DNA of 64,000 bases from Heterodontus francisci (lineage: Eukaryota). The stretch spans positions 5,765,394 to 5,829,393 of the forward strand of contig NC_090406.1 in the NCBI RefSeq assembly GCF_036365525.1, in the 5' to 3' direction. Positions 55,501 to 64,000 of this stretch are shown here, in pieces (within the stretch, counting starts at the first letter, position 1; the number at the start of each line of letters is the position of its first letter). The translations under genes were made by a program, and so were the position numbers. Below the pieces are notes generated by a model. That model had not been told where the DNA came from, ran no database searches, and was given only the letters and a program-made list of their open reading frames with translations.

Positions 55501-58500
55501 GACTGGCAGCAATATGAAAACATATACACTGCAAGGGGATCCCAGTATGTCTGAGCTCCACCATTAACAAGGCAATAGGCAATTCGACAGAGCAACCATC
55601 AAGAACATTGATTTGGACAAATTTCAGGAATCCTCATTTAAAATTCATTGTATCCAACTTGAATTTCTTGTTCTTGAATTTTGAAACAGATAATTTTACT
55701 ATTTCTGGTCCTAAAACAATTCCCAAGTTATTAACAAATTGGTAGCAATTGAGACTCACATGTTGAAGACATGTTGATCTACAAAAAATGAAGGGAGAAA
55801 AGTTTCAACCCTCTTTCCATAGCCTCAATAGCTTCCATAGTTTGTTAATCCTCCACTGGAGACATTTTACTCACTCCGCCCAGACTCTGCTCCTTCCTAG
55901 GTTATACAAACATACAAATTAGGAGCAGGTCACTCGGCCCCTTGAGTTTACTCCATCATTCAACAAGATCATGACTGATCCGACTGTAACCTCCACTCCA
56001 CATTCCCACCTACCCCGATAACCTTTCACCCCCTTGCTTATCAATAATCTATCTACCTCTGGCTTGAAAATATTCAAAGACTCTGCTTCCACCGTCTTCT
56101 GAGGAAGATAGTTCCAAAGACTCACGACCCTCAGAGAAAACAATTCTCATCTTTGCCTTAAATGGGCGCCTCTTCATTTTTAAACAGTGACCCCTATTTC
56201 TAGATTCTCCCACAAGAGGAAACATCCTTTCCACATCCACCCTGTCAAGACCCCTCAGGATCTTCTATGTTTCAATCAAGTTGCCTCTTACTCTTCTGAA
56301 CCCCAGTGGATACAAGCCTAGCCTGTCCCACTTTCCATATAAGACAACCCACCATTCCAGGTATTAATCTAGTAAACCTTCTCTGAACTGCTTCCAACCC
56401 ATTTACATCCTTCCAAAAATAAGTAGACCAATACTGTACAGGGTACTCCAGATGTGGTCTCACCAATGCCCTGTATAACTAAAGCATTAACTCCCCACTT
56501 CTGTATTCAATTCCTCTTACAATACACAACAACATTCTATTACCTTTCCTAGTTACTTGCTGTACCTGCATACTACCCTTTTGCGATTCATGCACCAGGA
56601 CACCAGATCCCTCTGCATCTGAGAGCGCTGCAATCTCTCACCATTTAGATATGCTTTTTTATTATTCCTGCCAAATTAGACAATTTCACATTTTTCCCAC
56701 ATTATAACTCCATTTGATATATCTTTGCTCACTCACTTAACCTATCTATAGCCCTTTGTAACCCCCTTATGCCCTCTTCACAACTTACTTTCGACTCATC
56801 TTTGTGTCATCAGCAAATCTAGCAACCATACCTTTGGTCCCTTCATCCAAGTCATTATATAAATAGTAAAAAGTTGAGGCCCCAGCATTGACCCCTGCAG
56901 CACCACTCATTACATCTTGCCAACCAGAAAGTGACCCATTTATGCCTTCTGTTTCCGGTTAGCTAGCCAATCTGTTACCCCCTACACCATAAGCTTTTGT
57001 TTTCACAATAACCTTTGATGTGGTACCTTACCAAACGCCTTCAGGAAATCTAAGTACAGCACATCCACCTGTTCCTCTTTATCTACAGCACATTACTTCT
57101 TCAAAGAACTCCAATAAACTGGCTAAACATGATTTGCCCTCCACAAAACGTTGTTGACTCTGCCTGATTACCTTGAATTTTTCTAAGTGTCATCTCTCTC
57201 CTATCAGGAGGCTTAGCTATGCTCCACTTCCTCCCATCCCAAGTGCTCCAGCTGCAGTCCCCATGCTGATCTGTCCAAGTCATTACAGCCATTGCTCTCT
57301 ATGCCCACTCCCAAATACCACAGCTGAAATCCTGTAGCTGAAACTCTCGCTCCAGCACCATAAGGTCAACATTGCTGGTTAAAAAGGAAATTAACGCAAT
57401 AGTGAGGAAGGATATTAGCTCTGACGATGTGGAACCTGTATTGGCAGAGCTGAGAAACACGAAGGAGCAAAAAAAACATTAGTGGGGGTTGTATATAGTC
57501 CCCCAAACTGTAGTGGCGATATTGGGAATGGTATTAAACAGGAAATTAGAAACGCATGCGATAAAAGAACATTTGTAACTATGGGTGACTTTAATCTGCG
57601 TATAGATTGGGCAAATCAAATTAGTCACAATACCGTAGAGGAGGAATTCATGGAGTGTATAAGGAATGGTTTTCTGGACCAATACGTTGAGGAACCAACT
57701 AGAGAACAGGCCATCCTAGACTGGGTATTGTGTAATGAGAGGGGAATAATTGACAATCAAGTTGTGCAAGACCCCTAGGGGATGAGCAAACATAATATGA
57801 TAGAATTCTTCATCAAGATGGAGAGTGACATAGTTGATTCCGAGACTAGGGTCCTGAATCTTAGTAAAGGAAACTATGAAGGTATGAGGCGCGAGTTGGC
57901 TATGATGGATTGGGAAACGTTACTTAAAAGGGATGACGGTGGATAGGCAATGGCAAACATTCAAAGAGCGCATGGATGAACTGCAACAATTGTTTATTCC
58001 TGTCTGGTGCAAAAGTAAAACGGGAAAGGTAGCCAAACCATGGTTTACAAGGGAAATTCAAGATAGCATTAGATCCAAGGAAGAGGCATACAAATTCGCC
58101 AGACAAAAAACATACCTGAGGATTGGGAGCAGTTTAGAATTCAGCAAAGGAGGACCAAGGGATTGATTAAAAATGGGAAAATAGAATATGAGAGTAAGCT
58201 TGCGGGGAACATAAAAACTGACTGTAAAGGTTTCTGTAGGTATGTGAAGAGAAAAAGATTGGTGAAGACAAATGTAGGTCCCTTACAGTCAGAAACAAGG
58301 GAATTTATTATGGGGAACAAAGAAATGGATGACCAGCTAAATGCATACTTTGGCTCTGTCTTTACAAAAGAGGACACAAAAATCATACCAGAAATGTTGG
58401 GGTATGCAGGTTTAGTGAAAGGGAGGAACTGAAGGAAATCAGTATGCGTAGAGAAATGGTATGGGAAATTGATGGGATTGAAAGCCGATAAATCCCCAGG

Positions 58501-61500
58501 GCCTGATAATCTACATCAGAGTACTTAAGGAAGTGGCCCTAGAAATAGTGGATGCATTGGTGGTCATCGTCCAAGATTCTACAGACTCTGGAACAGTTCC
58601 TACAGATTGGAGTGTAGCTAATGTAACTCCACTATTTAAAAAGGGAGGTAGAGAGAAAACAGGGAATTATAGACCAGTCAGCCAGACGTCAGTAGTGGGG
58701 AAAAATTCTAGAGTCCATATCAAAGATTTTATAGCAGAGAACTTAGAGAACAGTGGTAGAAACGGGCAGTCAGCATGGATTTATGAAAGGGAAATCATGC
58801 TTGACAAATCTACTAGAATTCTTTGAGGGTGTAACTAGTAGAGCTGATGAGGGGGAGCCAGTGGATGTGTTTATTTGGACTTTCAGAAGGCTTTCGACAA
58901 ACTCCCACATAAGAGATTAGCGTGTAAAATTAAAGCGCATGGGACTGGGGGCAGTGTAATGCGATGGATAGAAAATTAGTTGGCAGACAGGAAACAAACA
59001 GTAGGAATAAACGGGTCTTTTTCCGAATGGCAGGCAGTGACTAGTGGCGTACCGCAGGGATCGGTGCTAGGACCCCAGCTATTCACAATATACATTAATG
59101 ATTTAGATGAGGGAACTAAATGTAATATCTCCAAATTTGCAGATGACACAAAACTGGGTGGGAGGGAGAGTTGTGAGGAGGATGCAGAGGCGCTGCAGGG
59201 TGATTTGGACAAGTTGAGTGAGCAGGCAAATGCATGGCAGATGCAGTATAATGTGGATAAATGTGAGGTTATCCACTTTGGTAGCAAAAACAGGAAGGCA
59301 GATTATCTGAATGGCTATAAACTGAAAGAGGGGAATATACAAGACCCGGGTGTTCTCGTACACCAGTCGTTGAAGGTAAGCATGCAGGTGCAACAGGCAG
59401 TAAAAAAAAAAAGCAAATGGTATGTTGACCTTCATAGCAAGAGGATTTGAGTCAAGGAGCAGGGATGTCTTGCTGCAATTATACAGAGCCTTGGTGAGGC
59501 CACACCTGGAATAGATTGCAGAGTTTTGGTCTCCTTATCTGAGGAAGGATGTTCTTGCTATAGAGGGAGTGCAGTGAAGGTTTACCAGACTGATTCCTGG
59601 GATGGTGGGTCTGATGTATGAGAAGAGATTGAGTCGGTTAGGATTATATTCGCTGCAGTTCAGAAGAGTGAGGGGGGATCTCATAGAAACCTATAAAATT
59701 CTAACAAGATGCAGGAAGGATGTTCCCGATGGTGCTGGGGGTGGGGGGGTACTCCAGAACCAAGGTCATAGTCTAAGGATACGGGGTAAACCTTTCAGGA
59801 ATGAGATGAGGAGAAATTTCTTCACCCAGAGAGTGGTGAGCCTGTGGAATTCGCTACCACAGAAAGCAGTTGAGGTCAAAACATTGTGTGTTTTCAAGGA
59901 GTTAGATATAGCTCTTGGGGCAAAAGGGATCAAAGGATATGGGGGGAAAGCGGGAACAGGCTACTGAGTTGGATGATCAGCCATGATCATAATGAATGGT
60001 GGAGCAGGCTTGAAAGGCCTACTCCTGCTTCTATTTTCTATGTTTCTTTGTAACAGCCTCTGGTATGAAGACTAACTCTCTTACACTTAACTAGTACCTG
60101 TAAAATTTTTTTTAATTCATTCATGGGATGTGGGCATTGCTGGCCAGGACAGCATTTATTGCCCATCCCTAATTGCCCTTGAAAAGGTGGTGGTGAGCTG
60201 TCTTCTTGAACCACTGCAGTCCATGGGAGGTATGTACATCCACAGTGCTGTTAGGAAGGGAGTTCCAGGATTCTGATCCAGCGGCAGTGAAGGAACGGCG
60301 ATATAGTTCCAAGTCAGGATGGTGTGTGGCTTGGAGGAGAACTTGCAGGTGGTGATGTTCCCATGCATTTGCTACCCTTGTCCTTCTAGTTAGTAGAGGT
60401 CGACGGTTTGGAAGGTGCTGTCTAAAGAGCCTTGGGGCGTTGCTGCAGTGCATCTTGTAGATGGTACACACTGTTGCCACTGTGCGTCGATGGTGGAGGG
60501 AGTAAATGTTTGTGGATGGTGTGCCAATCAAGCGGCTGCTTTGCCCTGGCTGGTGTCGAGCTTCTTGAGTGTTGTTGGAGCTGCATCCATCCAGGCAAGT
60601 GGAGAGTATTCCATCACACTTCTGACTTGTGCCTTGTCGATGGTGGACAGGCTTTGAGGAATCAGGAGGTGAGTTACTTGACACAGGATTCCTAGCCTCT
60701 GACCTGCTCTTGTAGCCACGGTATTTATATGGCTACTCCAGTTCAGTTTCTGGCCAATGGTAGTCCCTAGGGTGTTGATAGTGGGGGAATTCAGCAATGG
60801 TAATGCCATTGAATGCCAAGGGAAGATGGTTACATTCTCTCTTGTTGGAGATGACCATCGCCTGGCACTTGTGTGGTGCGAATGTTACTTGCCACCTTTC
60901 AGTCCAAGCCTGGATATTGCCCAGGTCTTATTGCATTTCTGCATGGACTGCTTCAGTATCTGAGGAGTTGCGGATGGTGCTGAATAATCAGCGAACATCC
61001 CCACTTCTGACCTTATGATTGAAGGAAGTAAATGTAACTAAACATTTCTAACATAATCTCAGAAAGGTGATGGACTGGGAGCAGGATTTGGGAGAAGAGT
61101 TGAGGGAGATGGCCTAAGGTACACGTAAGAGATATTTTGCTGCCCTTGTGTTGATAATAATATACAGCTTTTCGAGGCTTATGACGACTTAGTTTAATTT
61201 AGTTGATTATACTGGTTAAGTATAAACACTGACTGTGCAGCAGCTTTGGAACACAAGGTCTGTGCCCTAACACACCATGCCACAGACTTGGCATGCAACT
61301 GTGCCGTCCCGTTTCCCTGGTGAATTTTCCATTTCAGCCACATTATCTGTGGACAGGTGTGAGTGAGTACAAGTCAGTTACGTTTCCCAGTGAAGGAAGG
61401 AGAGGCAGGGGATAAAATAGGAGCAACAGCTACCTTTAGTGATTCTGGTATGGCATCAGCCTGGGAGCAGATCACCCATCTACACAGTGAGAAGGGGAAT

Positions 61501-61730
61501 GAGAAAACTATCAGGAGGGGGGGAAATAAAGGAAGAGAGCAAGTTAATCTACTGTCATTAAACCATTCATTCCCTTTCAGAAATAACAGATTTTAAATTT
61601 TACAGGGCCACTTTACCTGTCTGAGATAAAGAAAGAAGCTGGAATACTGGCCTGCTTCAGGCAGGTACGAGAGAAACACTGTTATACAGATCAGTAGAAC
61701 TGTTGAGTCCTGACCCACTTTCTTCAGAGA
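46288..61730 (-). CDS. mfsd14a: MFSD14/HIAT1-family major facilitator superfamily transporter, 3' half (MFSD14A-like)
   Basis: Six exons (61617-61730, 54018-54089, 53703-53815, 49135-49232, 47956-48122, 46288-46500) splice in frame: SLKKVGQDS..LPEAGQYSSFFLYLRQ / VIGFSSETVAAFIAVVGILSILAQ / TVVLGILMRSIG..WYGFGSQPW / MMWAAGAVAAMSSITFPAVSAL..DQQG / VVQGMITGIRGLCNGLGPALYG.. / STIIPGPPFLFGAC..KEPLLQDSCV*. Family certain; exact paralog uncertain. Confidence 0.93.
47270..47885 (-). mobile_element. Old CR1 3' fragment
   Basis: Antisense of ...GTCCAATTCTGGACACTG...GAGAGGGTGCAGAGGAGATTTACTAGAATG; same family as ~13410-13960 and 34370-34910. Confidence 0.7.
47956..48122 (-). CDS. mfsd14a: MFSD14-family exon (167 nt, phase 1-0)
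   Basis: TTTCTACAG acceptor, GTAAAG donor; VVQGMITGIRGLCNGLGPALYGFVFYLFHVEL...NPTDE. Confidence 0.95.
48470..48715 (+). mobile_element. Degenerate Penelope terminal-repeat fragment
   Basis: Resembles 30225-30470 (CCTTTTGCCTTGCACCAT...CCAGTTTTGATGAAAGATCGACTTGAAACATTAACTG). Confidence 0.6.
49135..49232 (-). CDS. mfsd14a: MFSD14-family exon (98 nt, phase 2-1)
   Basis: TTGCAG acceptor, GTAGGC donor; MMWAAGAVAAMSSITFPAVSALVSRNADPDQQ(G). Confidence 0.95.
51605..53345 (-). mobile_element. CR1 LINE fragment, degraded
   Basis: ORFs 51939-52127, 52359-52601 (FVDDT), 52662-52913 (DFQKAFDKVPH), 52971-53156 and 53169-53351. Confidence 0.9.
53465..53563 (-). mobile_element. ~100-bp Penelope-terminus unit with hammerhead-like motif, TSD-flanked, nested in a CR1 tail
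   Basis: TSD AAGAATTTGGGG at 53453-53464 and 53564-53575; differs from 39562-39664 by three CpG-type transitions in the aligned body. Confidence 0.8.
53703..53815 (-). CDS. mfsd14a: MFSD14-family exon (113 nt, phase 0-2)
   Basis: TTACAG acceptor, GTAAGT donor; TVVLGILMRSIGHKNTILLGLGFQILQLAWYGFGSQP(W). Confidence 0.95.
54018..54089 (-). CDS. mfsd14a: MFSD14-family exon (72 nt, phase 0-0)
   Basis: CTCTAG acceptor, GTAAGT donor; VIGFSSETVAAFIAVVGILSILAQ. Confidence 0.95.
55915..57190 (-). mobile_element. CR1 LINE 3' fragment
   Basis: ORFs 56272-56466 (VRPHLEY.VQYWS), 56049-56240 and 55919-56143 (RVVSLWN.LP). Confidence 0.88.
57369..60050 (+). mobile_element. CR1 LINE (5'-truncated, frameshifted), same family as 2149-5770
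   Basis: ORFs 57482-57778, 57933-58166, 58163-58432, 58533-58826, 58980-59450 (GVPQG, FADDT) and 59602-59967; tail TTTTCTATGTTTC at ~60034-60046. Confidence 0.93.
60105..61027 (-). mobile_element. CR1-group LINE 3' fragment (second family)
   Basis: ORF 60528-60809 (LNWSSHINTV..KAQVRSVMEYSPLAW); ends in (ATGA)n plus an A-run; related pieces at ~9280-9370 and probably ~31790-32110 and 32660-32950. Confidence 0.8.
61617..61730 (-). CDS. mfsd14a: MFSD14-family exon (114 nt, phase 0-0)
   Basis: TTTCAG acceptor, GTAAAG donor; SLKKVGQDSTVLLICITVFLSYLPEAGQYSSFFLYLRQ. Confidence 0.95.
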
Positions 61731-61984
61731 CTGAAATAAAACAAGGGCAGAGAGGAAAACAACAATGAAAATGAAAAACTGAGCCAAGTTCTTTTAAAAG
61801 ATATTCCATGCATGATTACTCAACATTTCTAAAATCACAGAAGTGGAGGGTTACAGATCTCAATTTCACTCAAAATGAAATCAGCATCGGCACATACTAC
61901 TTTTTACAACTGAAAATTTATACTTGTTAATACTTTTGATAATACTTTAGAGTGGAGCCAACAGCAATTGCAGTGGATGCTTTC

Positions 61985-63975
61985 TAAGAACATAATAGAA
62001 GCAGGAGTAGGCCATTCAGCTTCTCAAGCCTGCCCGCCATTCAATAAGATCCTGGCTGATCTGCCTCAGACCTCAACTCCTCTTTCATGCCAGCTCCTCA
62101 TAGCCCTCAACTCCCTGATATTTCAAAAATCTATCTACCTCCTCTTTAAGTACTTTGTGATCTAGCCTCCACAACTCTCTGGGGCAGAGATTTCCAGACA
62201 TTCACTATCCTCAGAGAAGAAATTCCTTCACATCTGTTTTAAATGAGTGTTCCCTTATTCTGTAACTATGTCCCCTAGTTCGAGATTCCCCCACATATTC
62301 TCAACATCTACCCTGCCAAGCCCCCTCAGAATCTTGTACGTTTTGATAAGATCAGCCCTCATTCTTCTAAACTCTAATGAATAAAGGCCTAACCTGTTTA
62401 GCCGTTCTTGATAAGTGAACCCCTTCATCCCAGGAATCAGTCTAGGGAGTCTCTTTTGAACTGCCTCCAATGCCATTATATCCTTTTTTAAATACGGGAA
62501 CCAAAACTGTACACAGTAGTCCAGGTGTGGCCTCACCAACACCCTGTACAGTTGTAACAAGACTTCCCTATTTTTAAACTCCAACCCTCTAGCAATAAAG
62601 GCCGAAATTCCATTTGCCTTCTTAATTACTTGCTGTATCTGCATGCTAACTTTGTGTTTCATGCACAACACCCAGATCCCTCTGTGCTGCACTTTTTTGG
62701 AGTCTCTCTCCATTTAAATAATAGTCTGCCTTTTGATTCTTCCTACCAAAGTGCATGACCTCACACTTTCCCACATTAAACTCCATCTGCCAAGTTTTTG
62801 CCCACTCACTCAACCTATCTATATCTCCTTGAAGATTCCTCATGTCCTCATCACAAGATGCCCTCCCACCTATTTTTGTATCGTCAGCAAATTTGAATAT
62901 ATTACACTCTGCCCCTTCTTCCAAGTCATTAAAAAGATAGTAAATAATTGAGGCCCTAGGACTGATCCTTGCGGCACTCCACTAGTTATGTCTTTCCAAC
63001 CTGAAAAAGACCCATTAATCCCGACTCTGTCTTCTGAGAGTTAGTCAATCCTCAATCCATGCTAATACATAACCCCCCAATACAGTGAGCTCCCATCTTG
63101 TGCAATAGTCTTTTATGTGGCACCTTATCGAATGCCTTCTGGAAATCCAATTACATCTACTGGTTCCCCTTTATCAACTCTGCTTCTTATATCCTCAAAG
63201 AATTCTAGCAAATTTGTCAAACATGATTTCCCGTTCACAAAACCATGTTGACTGTTTAATTGCGTTAAGCATTTCTAAATGTCCTATTTCTTCCCAATAA
63301 TGGACTCTAGCATTTTCCCAACGACCGATGTTAGGCTGACTGGCCTATAGTTTCCTGCTTTTTGTCTCCCTCCCTTCTCGAACAGGGGTGTCACATTAGT
63401 GGTTTTCCAATCCACTGGGACCCTCCCGGAATCCAGTGAGTTCTGGAATATTTCGACCAATGCCTCCACTATCTCTGCAGCCACTTCCTTTAAAACCCTT
63501 GGATGTCGGCCATCAGTCCTGGCGACTTGTCTGCCTTTCGTCCCATTAGTTTGTCAAATACTTTGTCCCTCGTGATAGAGACTGTTACAAGATCTTTCCT
63601 CCCATTAGCTCCCTGCTTATCTGATATCTGTGGGATGTTTATAGTGTCCTCCACCGTGAAGACCGATGCAATATTGGTTTAAATTAGCTGTCATTTCCCT
63701 GTTCCTTGTTATCAATTCTCCAGATGCATCCTCCAAGGGTCCCACGCTCACTTTAGCTACTCTCTTTTCACATACCCGTAGAAGCTCTTGCTGTTTGTTT
63801 TTAATATTTCTTGCCAATTTACTTTCATATCAATTTTCTCCCTCTATTAAGTTTTTTTAGTCATCCGCTACCGGTTCCAAAAAGATTCCCAATCCTCTGG
63901 CCTACCACTAGTTTTCGCTGCTTTGTATGCCTTCGTTTTTGATTGGATACTGTCCTTGACCACCTTTGTTAACCA
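61985..63975 (-). mobile_element. CR1 LINE fragment
   Basis: ORFs 62255-62713, 62646-62924 (KFADDT), 63284-63484 (NYRPVSLTSVVGK) and 63617-63817. Confidence 0.92.
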
Positions 63976-63976
63976 C

Positions 63977-64000
63977 GGCACAGTGGTTAGCACCGCAGCC
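63977..64000 (+). mobile_element. Start of an HE1-like SINE at the window edge
   Basis: GGCACAGTGGTTAGCACCGCAGCC is identical to the head at 30909-30932. Confidence 0.7.

Overview
Vertebrate genomic DNA, most likely a cartilaginous fish (shark), judged from HE1-type V-SINEs, Deu-domain SINE remnants and abundant CR1, L2, Tx1, RTE and Penelope elements. Two spliced genes lie on the minus strand and both run off the window. (1) The 3' half of an MFSD14/HIAT1-family MFS transporter: 6 coding exons, 61730 to the stop at 46288, all GT-AG and phase-consistent. (2) The 5' part of a VCAM1/MAdCAM-like Ig-superfamily adhesion gene: signal exon 24672-24729, then five phase-1 Ig exons down to 8457, the last two a near-identical tandem duplicate; no TM exon was found in the window. 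Most of the supplied ORF track is retroelement debris. Most unusual observation: a ~70-bp tandem repeat in intron 1 of the Ig gene carries four separate poly(A)-tailed insertions at the same position of the repeat unit (after AACCCC(C/T)G). These are a full-length 6.9-kb Tx1 LINE, an ~80-nt polyadenylated RNA 3' end, and two poly(A)-only inserts, which suggests a sequence-specific Tx1 system that targets this repeat and also retroposes other RNAs there. Also notable: two ~100-bp TSD-flanked Penelope-end units carrying minimal hammerhead motifs, and a bipartite RTE-derived SINE-like element with its partner RTE nearby. Exon and TSD coordinates were read by hand; boundaries of old repeats are approximate.
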